The translations under genes were made by a program, and so were the position numbers. Under the pieces are notes generated by a model. That model had not been told where the DNA came from, made no database searches, and saw only the letters and a list, made by a program, of their open reading frames with translations. A DNA stretch of 64,000 nucleotides, taken from contig CAVZQM010000005.1 of assembly GCA_963777495.1 (NCBI GenBank), positions 15,401 to 79,400 on the forward strand, in the 5' to 3' direction. Source of the DNA: an uncultured Actinomycetes bacterium. GTDB taxonomy: Bacteria; Actinomycetota; UBA4738; HRBIN12. This document shows, piece after piece, positions 40,125 through 50,395 of the stretch. The first letter of the stretch is position 1, and each line of letters starts with the position of its first letter.

Positions 40125-41249
40125 GTGGACATCGATCTCTTCCAGATGGAGCGCATGCAATCCCTGCACTGGCACGTCGTGGACTACGACCTGTCGGAGT
40201 CGGGCGTCATGCCCATGACGATCAGGGATCTGCTCGGACCGGACGCCGACGGCGAGGCGTTCCTCCGAACGGCCCTGGGATACCCGCTCTCGGAGGGATC
40301 GCACGAAGCCCGCGCGAACATCGCCGCGTGGTACGCCGACGCCGCGCCCGAGAACGTGTCGCTCACGAACGGCGGGTCCGAGGCCAACCACCTGACGCTC
40401 TGGACGCTGCTCGAGCCCGGCGACCGGCTCGCGTTCATGATCCCGAACTACATGCAGGGCTGGGGGCTCGGCCGGCACTACGGCGACGCGACCGACACGT
40501 TCAAGCTCAAGCTCCGCGACGGGCGATGGCAGCTCGACCTGGACCAGCTGGAGCGCGCCGTCACCAAGGAGACCAAGGCCGTGATGGTCTGCAACCCGAA
40601 CAACCCCACCGGTCACGTCCTGACCGAGGACGAGATGCAGGCGGTGATCGCCGCCGCCGACCGCGTGGGCGCGTGGATCGTCTCCGACGAGATCTATCGC
40701 GGAGCCGAGGTGGACACCGACGTCGCGTCGCCGACGTTCTGGGGCCGCTACGACAAGGTCATCGTGACGAGCGGTCTGTCGAAGGCGTTCGCGATGCCGG
40801 GACTGCGCCTGGGATGGACGCTCGGACCGCAGGAGCTGGTCCGCGAAACGTGGGTCCGGCACGACTACACCACGCTGACCCCGTCGATGATCTCGGACCG
40901 GCTCGCCGCGTTCGCGATGGAGCCGAACGTTCGCGAGAACATCTTCGCCCGCACACGGGCGATCATCCGGGCCAACCTGCCGCACCTGGAAGCGTGGATC
41001 CGGCAGCAAGGGGACGTCTTCACGTACGCCCGACCGGTCGCCGGCGCGATCGCGTACGTGAAGTACGACCTCCCCGTGAGATCGACGCAACTGGTCGACA
41101 GGATCCGTGAGGAGCGTTCGGTGCTGCTCGTGCCCGGTGACATGTTCGGCATCGGTAAGGGCATCCGCTTCGGGTTCGGCTACGACATCGAGCACACGAT
41201 GAAAGGTCTGGCCCAGGCGGAGGACCTGCTCACCGGCCGCGTCCCGTGA
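40125..41249 (+). CDS. pyridoxal-phosphate-dependent aminotransferase (class I/II)
   Basis: GTG 40125 after GAGGAGG (5-nt spacer). VDIDLFQMERMQSLHWHVVDYDLSESGV...NGGSEANHL...NPNNPTGHVLTE...SDEIYRGAE...VTSGLSKAFAMPGLRLGW (PLP-Lys motif SxSK). Intact. Confidence 0.85.
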   Translation: MDIDLFQMERMQSLHWHVVDYDLSESGVMPMTIRDLLGPDADGEAFLRTALGYPLSEGSHEARANIAAWYADAAPENVSLTNGGSEANHLTLWTLLEPGDRLAFMIPNYMQGWGLGRHYGDATDTFKLKLRDGRWQLDLDQLERAVTKETKAVMVCNPNNPTGHVLTEDEMQAVIAAADRVGAWIVSDEIYRGAEVDTDVASPTFWGRYDKVIVTSGLSKAFAMPGLRLGWTLGPQELVRETWVRHDYTTLTPSMISDRLAAFAMEPNVRENIFARTRAIIRANLPHLEAWIRQQGDVFTYARPVAGAIAYVKYDLPVRSTQLVDRIREERSVLLVPGDMFGIGKGIRFGFGYDIEHTMKGLAQAEDLLTGRVP

Positions 41250-41825
41250 CAGCGGTGCGGCGATGCGGCTGGGCGCCGTTGGAGGACCCGGCGTACCTCG
41301 CGTACCACGACGAGGAATGGGGCGTGCCGGTGCACGACGACACCCGGCTGTTCGAGATGCTCACGCTCGAGGGTGCCCAGGCCGGCCTGTCCTGGTCGAC
41401 GATCCTGCACAAGCGAGACGGATACCGTCGGGCGTTCGCCGGCTTCGACCCGGCGAAGGTGGCGCGGTTCGACGGCGGCGAGGATCGAGCGCCTGATGCT
41501 GGATGCCTCGATCGTCCGCAACCGCCTGAAGATCGAGTCGACCGTCGCGAACGCGCGCGCGACGCTCGTCGTGCGCGACGAGTTCGGGTCCCTCGATACC
41601 TATCTCTGGGGGCTCGTGGGCGGCGCGCCGCTCGTGAACCGTTGGCGGATGCTCGGGGACATCCCGGCCGAGACTTCAGCGTCGCGCGAGATGAGCAAGG
41701 ATCTGAAGCGTCGTGGTTTCCGCTTCGTCGGTCCGACCGTCTGCTACGCGTTCATGCAAGCGACCGGCATGGTGAACGACCACGTCGCCACGTGCTTCCG
41801 GTATCGAGCGCTGGGTGGGGACTAG
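41246..41825 (+). pseudogene. tag: DNA-3-methyladenine glycosylase I; one frame change
   Basis: GTG 41246 overlaps the upstream stop (GTGA). RRCGWAPLEDPAYLAYHDEEWGVPVHDDTRLFEMLTLEGAQAGLSWSTILHKRDGYRRAFAGFDPAKVARFD, then IERLMLDASIVRNRLKIESTVANARA...YLWGLVGG...SKDLKRRGFRFVGPTVCYAFMQATGMVNDH. Break near 41478. Confidence 0.85.
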
Positions 41826-42986
41826 CTCGCCGACGTGTCGCCGAGCGTGTCGGCGAGGTACCGGCGGATGTCCAGGCTGAGGTCCTCCATCGGCGCGTAG
41901 TAGCCGTACGAGAAGGCGCGGGACGACATCCCCTTCTGCACGGACGCGCAGATCGCCCAGTCCTGCCGGTTCACCAGATCCCAGAAGTCGACCGCGTCGG
42001 CCGGATCGAACCCCGGCTTCGCCATCTCGTCGGGGTGGAACAAGAAGTCGCAGTCGATCCGCGTATGACCCGCGTCCTGGGGCCAGAGCGTGAACGCCAC
42101 GACGTGGTCGGCCGAGAGGCTCAGCATGAGGTTCGGGTAGAGCAGCTCCCCTTTGTGCCGCGTCCGCTCGTCCTCCGAGAGCCCGGGGAACGGTTCGCGG
42201 CTGGTCGTCCCCGAGAACGTGAACGTCGTTGCGCCATCGCGGTGCGGCACGCCGTTGTCCCAGTCCAGCTCCCGTCCGCCGCCCTGTTTGAACGCCGGCA
42301 CCAGCTCGCAGAGCTCCGGGTGCACCGGACCGCAGTGGTAGCACTCGTTGTAGTTCTCGACGATCGTCTTCCAGTTCGCTTCGACGAGGTACGTGATCCG
42401 CGCCCCCGGTCGGAGGTCGGCGAGCGGATAGTTGCGGGTCCGCTCGTCGGCTCCGCCGAGTGCGAGCGGACAGCGACCGATCGAGCGTGAGCTCCGACGG
42501 AGTGAGGTTCACGAAGATGGATCCGGCCCACGTGTCGACCGCCACCGGGTACAGGCCCAGCTGGTCGCGCCGGAGACCGTCGCTCTCCGTGAGGAACGGC
42601 GCGTTGCGGAGATGGCCGTCCAGACCGTAGGTCCACGCATGGTACGGGCATCGGATGGAGCCCTTGAAGCGACCACTCGGGCCGTCCACAGCGGGTGGCG
42701 GATCGTCCATCACCAAGCGCGAGCCGCGATGGCGGCACACGTTGTAGAACGCGTGGAGCGCACCCGATCGGGCGCGGGCGATCAGGACGCTCTCGCCGGC
42801 GACCTCGACGTGAAGGAAGTCCCCCGCCGACGGGATGGCTGCCTCGCGCCCCACCGCGAACCACTCGCGATGGAAGATCCGATCGGCCTCCCGGGCGAAC
42901 TGCGCCTCGGAGAGATAGGCGTCGCGCGGAAGCGTCCGCATCATGGCGGTGGCGGGCTCGGCGACGGGGGTTGTCTCGATGGCCAT
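41822..42986 (-). pseudogene. Rieske [2Fe-2S] aromatic-ring-hydroxylating oxygenase alpha subunit; one frame change
   Basis: ATG 42986. ...YLSEAQFAREADRIFHREWFAVGRE...ALHAFYNVCRHRGSRL...IRCPYHAWTYGLDG (Rieske CxH...CxxH), then ...NWKTIVENYNECYHCGPVHPELCELV...YYAPMEDL. Break near 42478. Confidence 0.8.
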
Positions 42987-42998
42987 ATCCGTTCTATC

Positions 42999-43013
42999 CT
43001 GACCCTGGGTCAG
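42999..43013. promoter_or_regulatory. perfect palindrome in the Rieske / TetR divergent region (candidate TetR operator 1)
   Basis: CTGACCC-T-GGGTCAG (7-1-7), 13 nt upstream of the oxygenase ATG. Confidence 0.45.
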
Positions 43014-43036
43014 TCGCGTCGACCGGCCCAACCTAC

Positions 43037-43051
43037 GCTGTGTATCACAGC
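43037..43051. promoter_or_regulatory. perfect palindrome (candidate TetR operator 2)
   Basis: GCTGTG-TAT-CACAGC (6-3-6), 23 nt upstream of the tetR TTG start. Confidence 0.45.
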
Positions 43052-43073
43052 ATCGACCCTGGAAGGATCAGCC

Positions 43074-43734
43074 TTGAATGACTTGAAGTCACCGCGCAGC
43101 CGTCGCAGCGCCGACAAGCGCGAGCGCATCGTCGAGTGCGCCATGCGGCACTTCGCCGAGGACGGCTACCAGGGCGCGAAGGTCGAAGACGTCGCCAACG
43201 ACCTCGGCATCGCGAAGGGGTCGATCTTCCAGCATTTCGGTTCCAAGGCCGGGTCTGTTCTTCGAGGCGTACAAGACCGCGGTGTCCTCGCTCCCCGCCT
43301 GGCTCGACGCGCCGCAAGACGTCCTGGACGAGGGGTTCTTCGCGACGCTGATGTATTGGCTGGATCGCACCGAGCACCTGATCCACGAGGACTGGATCCC
43401 GTACCGCGTGGCGTTGATCGGCAACTACGGCACCGACCTCGGGCTGAAGCGCGACATCAACCGCTTCCTGGTGAGCGAGGACCCGTACGGCACGCTCGAG
43501 TTCGTGGAGTTCGGCATCGAGCGCGGCGAGGTCCGCGACGACATCGACCTGGAGATGATCGTCTCCATGGTCGACTGGCTCGCCGGCTCGCTCCAGGACG
43601 CGCTCGTCACCGAGGAGCTCGACCCCGGACTGTTCCACCGGTGGCAGAAGCAGCCGGAACGCCAGAAGGCGCGGGTCGAGCAGTTCGCCGAGGTCCTGCA
43701 GAGCGCGATCGGCAAGGCGTCCGCGAAGACGTAG
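43074..43734 (+). pseudogene. TetR/AcrR-family transcriptional regulator; one frame change
   Basis: TTG 43074 after GGAAGGA. ...RERIVECAMRHFAEDGYQGAKVEDVANDLGIAKGSIFQHFGSKAG (TetR HTH), then LFFEAYKTAVSSLPAWLD... continuing as ORF 43282..43734. Break near 43254 (an extra T in GCCGGG[T]CTGTTC). Confidence 0.8.
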
Positions 43735-43737
43735 CCG

Positions 43738-45007
43738 TCAGCCCAGCAGGCTCTCGCCGACGTATCCCCCGTCCTGGGTGCCCGGCGGCATCGCGAACAC
43801 GCCGCTCCCCACGTGCTTGATGTACTCGTTCAGCGCGTCGTTCTCCGCCAGGAGGCGCTGCACCGGCACGAACTGCTTCCGCGGATCGCGCTGGAAGCAG
43901 ATGAAGAACAACCCGGCGTCGAGCTCCCCCGTCACCGGGTCGATGCCGTCCGTGAACGAGTAGCCGCGGCGCAGCAGCATGACGCCGTTGTTCGCCGACG
44001 GCGCCGAGAGCCGGACGTGGCCGTCGGCGGGGATCACCAGCGCGCCGTCGGGCCCGCGCGCATCGAGCGGCACGGGTTCGAACTCGTCGTGACCGCCGAG
44101 CGGAGCCCCGGTCTGCTTCTGCCGGCCGATCGTGGCCTCCTGCTCGGAGATGCTCGTGCGATCCCAGAACTCGATCAGCATGCGGATGCGCCGCGTGACC
44201 ATGTAGCTGCCGTCGTGCATCCACGGTGCATCGCCGCCGCTCACCCAGACGTGTTCCGCCATGGCGCCGGCATCGCCGGTGTCCAGGTTGTTCGTCCCGT
44301 CCTTGAAGCCCATCAGGTTGCGGGGCGTGGGCATCGTCCGGCCGGTGCTCGACGTGCGACTGAATCCCAGCTGGGACCAGCGGATCGCGACGGCACCGCG
44401 GCCGATCCGCGCCAGGTTCCGGATCGCGTGGAACGCCACCTGCGGGTCGTCGGCGCACGCCTGCACGACCAGGTCGCCGTCGCTGATCCCGAGGTTCAGC
44501 TCGTCGGCGGCGAACGGCGGGAGCGCGGCCAACGCCGCCGGGCGACGCGACGCGAGCCCGAACCGGTCCACGCCGTCCTGCTCGAACAGCGTCGGGCCGA
44601 AGCCGAACGTGACCGTGAGCCGTGACGCGTCCAGATCGAACGCCTCGCCGGTGTCGACCGGCGGCGCCAGCGGCTCGCCTTCGATCGTCCCCACCGGCCG
44701 GCCGGCGCACATCAGCGCCGCCGCGTCCGTCCACTCGCGCATCAGGTCGCGGAGCTCGCGCGGATCCTCCGTGGTGACGTCGAACGCCGCGATCTCCAGA
44801 CGCTCCTGCGGGGGCGTCTCGATACCGGCCTGGTGCGGTCCGTAGAACGGGACGACCTGGCCCGTGCTCTCCGAGTCGCTCGCCTTCGCCCGCCCGCGCG
44901 ACCTGCGACGCCAGCCCGGCGCCCGCGACGGCGCCGATCGCACCGATCGCTCCGAGGACCGCACGGCGGGTGACGCGAGGTGCGCCGGAGCCGGTCGCGT
45001 CGTTCAT
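43738..45007 (-). pseudogene. efeB: Dyp-type peroxidase / deferrochelatase EfeB with Tat signal; one frame change
   Basis: ATG 45007 MNDATGSGAPRVTRRAVLGAIGAIGAVAGAGLA (twin-arginine signal), then ...STGQVVPFYGPHQAGIETPPQERL...LTVTFGFGPTLF...NLMGFKDGTNN...MVTRRIRMLIEFWD...LLRRGYSF...GLFFICFQRDP. Break near 44890. Confidence 0.85.
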
Positions 45008-45014
45008 CGCGTCC

Positions 45015-46156
45015 CTACGCGACGACGACCAGCGCGGCCACGCCCGAGAGTGGCTCGGCCAGCGCGTCGATCACGCGGCTCAGCTCGCGCGTGTCGTCGT
45101 TCGTGAGGTCGGTGTAGAGGACGAACCCGTCGCCGGTGCGGTACGGATCGAGCGCTTCGTCCACGTCGGCGAACCGTTGGCTCAGCTCTTCCGCCAGCGC
45201 GGGATCCTGCGACACGATCAGCGCCTGGAGCGCGGTGAACGCCGCCCGCGCACCGTCGACGTTGGCCTGGAAGTCCCACAGGTCGGTGTGCGAGTACCGA
45301 TCCTCCTCGCCGGTGATCTTCGAGTTGGACACCTCGCCCAGCAGCTCCGTGGCCCCGTTCGCGATCCGCGCGGGGTCGAGCTCGACGGTGGCGACCAGCT
45401 CCTGGAGGCCGGCGACGTCGTCGGCCAGCTTCTGCGCGACCGGCGACATCCCGTCGAGCGACCCGTCGACCCACAGCGCCTTCTCGATCCGATGGAAGCC
45501 CGTCCACTCGTCGTCCGGCACGTCGTTCTCACGGGCGTCGATCGCCGGGTCGAGGTCGCCGAAGGACTCCGCGACCGGCTCGATCGCCTCGTACGGCTCA
45601 CGGGCCCACGCGAACAGCGCCTTCGCGCGCTCGATGTCCCCGTCCTCCACCGCCTTGACGAACGTGTTGACGCGGCTCACGAGCGTCGCCGCGTTCTGCT
45701 GGACGAACGTGAGGTAGGACGCCACCGCCACGTCGAGGGAGGAGCCCGTCTCGGCTCCCGGGAGACTCGGCCGCCGCCTCGCCGGTCACGGTGAGCGTGC
45801 CGCGCTCGGAGCTGCCGCCCGGGCAGTACGTCTCGAAGGAGCCGGGCACGAGATCCAGGGTGAAGTCGCCGTCGAGCCCGGGGGTGAGGTTCTCGACCTC
45901 ACCCAGGATCCGGTCGCCGTCGAGGACCTCGAACTCGGTCACCGCGCCGGCGTCCGTGTTGGTCACGTGGAACGTCGTCGGGCCCAAGCGGGGTCGTGAT
46001 GTCGGCCGGCTCGCACCCCGCGTCGGTGAGCAGCACTTCGACGGTCAGCACGCCCGATGACGTGTCACCTCCGTCGCCGCCACCCCCGTCGTCGCTGCTG
46101 CACGCGGTGAGCGCGAGCGCGAGCAGCGATGTGATGCACAGGACCTTGCGGATCAT
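45015..46156 (-). pseudogene. efeO: iron uptake system component EfeO (cupredoxin-like N-domain + imelysin/M75 domain), lipoprotein; two frame changes
   Basis: ATG 46156 after AGGAGG. MIRKVLCITSLLALALTAC (lipobox)...TVEVLLTDAGCEPADITTP, then GPTTFHVTNTDAGAVTEFEVLDGDRILGEVENLTPG...YCPGGSSERGTLTVTG, then VAVASYLTFVQQNAATL...GFHRIEKALW...ELLGEVSNSKITGEEDRYSHTDLWDF. Breaks near 45978 and 45762. Confidence 0.85.
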
Positions 46157-47011
46157 CGAGCGGCCTCCTGGGTTTGGGGTGTCACGACGGGTTCGGGACG
46201 ACGTGCCGTGGGGGCCGACGGCCACCAGACGTAGATCGACATCGGGATCGCGTACAGCAGCCAGCCGACGACCTCGGCGGTCGTGGGCTCCGGCTGGAGG
46301 CCGAGCATCCCGGTGATGAGCGACGCGCGGATCGAGCCGGGCTCGACCAACCACGTGAGGTCCAGCGCCTGCGCCTGGCCGAACACGACCCAGCCGGCCT
46401 CGGCGCCGGAGTGCATCGCGGAGCTGACGAGCCCGGCGGCGACGAGCACCAGCACGAACCCGGTGATGCGGAAGAACCGCGCGAGGTCGATCCGCACGCC
46501 GCCGCGATAGATCAGGTACCCGAGCACGGACGCGACACGCGATCCCCAGCACCACGCCCAACCCGGACGCGAACGGCGTCGTCGTGGATTGGAACGCCGC
46601 CAGCAGGAACACCGCGGTCTCGAACCCCTCGCGGAGCACGGCGAAGAAGGCCATGCCGACGAGCGCGGTCGTGGTCCCCTTGGCGAGCGCCGACGCGGCG
46701 CTCTCCTCGATCGAGGACTTCAGCTCGCGCGCGTGGCGCTTCATCCACACGACCATCCACGTCACGGCCGCGACGGCGATCAAGGCGATCACCGTCTCGA
46801 GCCCTTCCTGTTGCTTGTGCGGGAGGGTCGAGTTGAGCGCCTCGATCCCGATCCCGATCGCCAGGCAGATGGCGATGGCCGCCCCGACGCCCATCCACAC
46901 GCTCTTCAGCGCATCGGATCGCCCCGTCCGGTTGAGGAACGCGGCGATGATCCCGACGATCAACGCGGCCTCGAGCCCTTCGCGGAGACCGATGACGAAC
47001 GTGGGGATCAC
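46153..47011 (-). pseudogene. efeU: FTR1-family iron permease EfeU; one frame change
   Basis: GTG 47011 after AAGGAGAGGAG. VIPTFVIGLREGLEAALIVGIIAAF (REGLE motif 1)...FFAVLREGFETAVFLLAAF (REGFE motif 2)..., then VLGYLIYRGGVRIDLARFFRITGFVLVLVAAG.... Break near 46541. The stop overlaps the efeO start region. Confidence 0.8.
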
Positions 47012-47067
47012 GAGGAGCTCCTCTCCTTCGGTTGCGGCCCGACGGACGACGACCGCGTCGCCTGGAA

Positions 47068-47106
47068 TTAGATGGCACGAAGCCAGGCTCATTAGATACA
47101 GCGAAG
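47068..47106 (+). promoter_or_regulatory. tandem pair of a 15-nt motif TTAGAT-N4-CGAAG in the efeU / DtxR-type repressor divergent region (candidate operator)
   Basis: TTAGATGGCACGAAG (47068-47082) and TTAGATACAGCGAAG (47092-47106), with starts 24 nt apart. The same motif pair recurs at 55246-55282. Confidence 0.35.
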
Positions 47107-47196
47107 AATCCGACTCGTCAAGTGGGATTCGACCCGCGGCCGGTCAGGACCGGCAGGTCGGGGTCGCCCGGTTGTCGGTGTCGATAGGATGCGCAC

Positions 47197-47902
47197 GTGG
47201 CAGCCACCGAACCGACGCCATCGGGAACGACGGGAGCGCTTCGGCCTGAAACGGTCAAGCACTACCTGGAGACGATCTTCTACATCCAGTTCGAGGAGGA
47301 TCGGGTCCGGCCGGGACGGATCGCCGAATGGCTCGGCCTGCGGCCGCCGACCGTCAGCGTGACGCTGCACCGGCTCGAGCGCGACGGGTGGATCAACGTC
47401 GAGAGCGATCGGACCGTCTCGCTGACCGATACCGGCATGGCGCTCGCGAGCGGCGTGGTCCGCGTCCACCGGCTGCTCGAACGATGGCTCACCGACGTGC
47501 TCGGGTTCGACTGGGCATCGGCCGACAACTACGCGCAGGAGATCGCGCCCGGGATGTCCGACGCCGTCGCCGAACGGCTGGACGAGCACCTCGGGAACGC
47601 CGACGACGTGCCCCCACGGGAACGTGATCCCCGGGAAGATCGCGCCGTACGGCGAGCTGATCTCGCTGGACGCCCTCACGCCGGGAACGAAGGCGCGCGT
47701 CCGCAGGATCTCCGAGGTCGCCGAGCATGACGCGCCCGACCTGCTCCGGCGGTTCGATGGTCATGGACTGGTCACCGGCGCCGAGGTCGTCGTGGCGACC
47801 GACGGTTCGAGCGACGACGCGCTCACGGTCGACATCGGCGATCGGACGATGGCGTTCGGCATCTCCACCGCCCAGCTGATCTGGGTCGAACCCGAGCGCT
47901 AG
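47197..47902 (+). pseudogene. DtxR/IdeR/MntR-family metal-dependent repressor; one frame change
   Basis: GTG 47197. ...TVKHYLETIFYIQFEEDRVRPGRIAEWLGLRPPTVSVTLHRLERDGWI (wHTH)...RVHRLLERWLTDVLGFDWASADNYAQEI...EHLGN, then PTTCPHGNVIPG...GTKARVRRISEVAEHDAPDLLRRFDGHGLVTGAEVVV (SH3-like/FeoA-like C-domain). Break near 47599. Confidence 0.8.
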
Positions 47903-47912
47903 GCGCCGGGAC

Positions 47913-48587
47913 TTGACGACGAACGCGAACGGCCCCGGGGAGCGAGGGCACCGCGACGGCGTCCGGACGACGCTCCCCCTCGCGATCGCGGTCTTCGGCT
48001 TCGGGGTCTCGTTCGGCGTGCTGGCGCGGACCGCCGGGATGGGCGCGGTGGCGCCGATCGTCATGTCCGCGACCACGTTCGCCGGATCCGCGCAGTTCGC
48101 GGCGGCGTCCGTGTTGGATGCCGGCGGCACGGTGGCGACGGCGGTCGTCGCCGCCGTGCTCCTGAACGCCCGCTACGCACCGATCGGCGTCAGCGTGGCG
48201 CCGTCGCTCCGCGGTCCCTGGTGGTCGCGGTTCCTGCACGCACAGCTCGTCGTCGACGAATCGTGGGCGATCGCATCGGAGGGCGACGGCCGCTTCAACG
48301 CGCGCGTCTTGCTGGGCGCGGGGTTGACGCTCTACGTCGCATGGGTGGGCGGCACGACCCTGGGTGTGGCCTTCGGCGATGCCATCGGCGACCCGGCGCG
48401 GCTGGGACTGGACGCGGCGTTCCCCGCCCTGTTCCTGGCGCTCCTGGTCCCGCAGCTGACCTCGACGCGCTCCCGGCAGGCCGCGGTGCTCGGCGCGGCG
48501 ATCGCGTTGGCGCTCACCCCGTTCGTGCCGCCCGGCGTGCCGATCATCGCGGCGAGCGCCGCGTGTCTGTTGGGATGGCGGCGATGA
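47913..48587 (+). CDS. azlC: AzlC-family branched-chain amino acid exporter subunit
   Basis: TTG start; 224 aa, intact. ...LPLAIAVFGFGVSFGVLARTAGMG...MSATTFAGSAQFAA...LLNARY.... Confidence 0.85.
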   Translation: MTTNANGPGERGHRDGVRTTLPLAIAVFGFGVSFGVLARTAGMGAVAPIVMSATTFAGSAQFAAASVLDAGGTVATAVVAAVLLNARYAPIGVSVAPSLRGPWWSRFLHAQLVVDESWAIASEGDGRFNARVLLGAGLTLYVAWVGGTTLGVAFGDAIGDPARLGLDAAFPALFLALLVPQLTSTRSRQAAVLGAAIALALTPFVPPGVPIIAASAACLLGWRR

Positions 48588-48900
48588 CCGACGGCCTGGC
48601 GCGTCGTCATCCTGGTGGGTGTCGCGACGATCGGCATCAAGTCGATCGGTCCGTTGTTGCTCGGCGGCCGTGACCTGCCTCCGAGGATCGCGTCGTTGAT
48701 CGGCCTGCTGGCGCCGGCGCTGCTCGCGGCGCTGGTCGCGATCAACACGTTCGGCGCGTCACGGTCACTCGTGCTGGACGAGCGGGTCCTGGGCGTCGCG
48801 GCGGCGGGGGTCGCGATCTGGCGGAAGGCGCCGCGTGCTCCTGGTCGTCGTGATCGCGGCGGCGGTCACGGCCCTCGCCCGCGCGTTCCTCTCGACCTGA
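48584..48900 (+). pseudogene. azlD: AzlD-family small membrane protein; two frame changes
   Basis: ATG 48584 overlaps the azlC stop (ATGA). MTDGLA, then VVILVGVATIGIKSIGPLLLGGRDLPPRIASLIGLLAPALLAALVAINTF...GVAAAGVAIWRKAP, then VLLVVVIAAAVTALARAFLST* (TGA 48898-48900). Breaks near 48600 and 48835. Confidence 0.7.
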
Positions 48901-48903
48901 TGG

Positions 48904-50391
48904 TCAGACCGGAGCGTCGAGGTCGACCGGCGGCTGGGGCAACGAGGCGGCGGCCGGTTCCTGTTCCAACGGAAGGCGAACCGTGAACTTCGCGCCCTGT
49001 TCAGGCTGACTCTCGACGCTCGCGCTCCCGCCGTGGGCCTCGGCGATCGCCGCGACGATCGCGAGCCCGAGCCCGGTTCCGTTCCCCTCGTCCGGTCCTT
49101 CGTCCGATCGGGTCGCGACCCCGCGCCGGATCCGCGCGGTAGAACGGCTCGAAGACATGGGCGGCCTCGTCCGCCGTGAGCCCCGGCCCGCCGTCGCTCA
49201 CCTCGATCTCGGCGTCCGAGTCCGTCGTCCGCGCAACCGCACCGCGACCGACGTGCCCGGCGGGCGTGTGCGTGAGGGCGTTCGACAGCAGGTTCGCCAG
49301 CACCTGTCGCAGCCGGCCCTCGTCGCCGGGCACCGTCAACGCATCCGGCGTCTCGATGTCGATCGCTGCGCGAGGGATCCACCGCGCGCGCGTCGTGCAC
49401 CGCGTCGGTCGTGACGCGCACCAGATCGACCGGCTCGTGCGCGATCGGCCGCCCCTCACCCGCACGCGCGAGGAAGAGGAGGTCCTCGACCAGCACGCCC
49501 ATCCGTTCACCCTCCTGCTCGATGCGACGCATCGCGAGCGCCGTGTCGGCCGGGTCGTCCGACGCCCCGCGTCGGAAGAGCTCCGCGTATCCACGGATCG
49601 ACGTGAGCGGAGTGCGCAACTCGTGCGAAGCATCGGCCAGGAACCGGCGGAGCGCCTCTTCCGACTCGCGTCGCTCGTCCATGGCCTCCTCGATCCGGCC
49701 GAGCATCACGTTGAGCGATGCACCCGAGCCGTCCGACCTCGGTCCGAGGGTCGGTCTCGTCGACCCGGCGCGACAGATCGCCGGCCGCGATCGCCTCGGC
49801 CGTCTGCTCGATCTGTTCCAGAGGCCGGAGCCCTCGGCGCACCGTGAACAACGAGAGGAGCGCCATGGTCGCCAGCACGACCAGCGTCACCGCGCCGGCG
49901 ATGAACGAGAACCGCCGGAGCGTGTTCGACAGCTCCGTCAGGGGGATGGCGACGACCAACGTCGACCCGTCGGTGAGGCGGTAGGCGGCCGCCCGGTACC
50001 CGGACCCGCCGTCGGCGGCCTCCAGGTTGAGGAACGTCGGCTCCTGCACCGTGCCGCCGCGGACGCCGGCCGGGAGCGCGGGCGGTGACGGCGCCTCGCC
50101 GCCGTAGTCGAAGACGATGGGATCGCCGACCAGGTCTCCCGACGCATCGACGATCACCCCGTACGTGCCTTCGGGCAGCATCTGATCGCCCCCCATCGGG
50201 CCCGGTCCGGCACCCGGAAGGTCGGGTTGGCTCATCGCGAACAGGACCGAGCGGGGAGACGAGCGCAGTTGCTGGTCGATGCGGTCGATCAGGTAGGAGC
50301 GCAACGCCGCATACGTCGCCACATCGGAGACGAGCAACCCCAGCGTCACCAGGACGACGAGCGCCGCCGTCAGTCGGACGCGAAGCGTCAT
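48904..50391 (-). pseudogene. two-component sensor histidine kinase (TM - periplasmic loop - TM - HAMP - HisKA - HATPase_c); at least four frame changes
   Basis: ATG 50391 MTLRVRLTAALVVLVTLGLLVSDVATYAALRSYL...FIAGAVTLVVLATMALLSLFTVRRGLRPLEQIEQTAEAIAAGDLSRRV (HAMP), then LNVMLGRIEEAM...RRFLADASHELRTPLTSIRGYAELF (H-box), ...RLRQVLANLLSNALTHTP (N-box), ...VSDGGPGL..., ...[37 protein letters not shown]. Confidence 0.8.
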
Positions 50392-50395
50392 GCCG

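Noticed and set aside
38058-41110. Very long ORFs on both strands (636 aa minus, 956 aa plus)
   Set aside because: They run through the IMPase, OCD and aminotransferase genes in wrong frames or on the wrong strand. The translations are Arg/Gly/Pro-rich junk. The three real genes are intact and recognisable.
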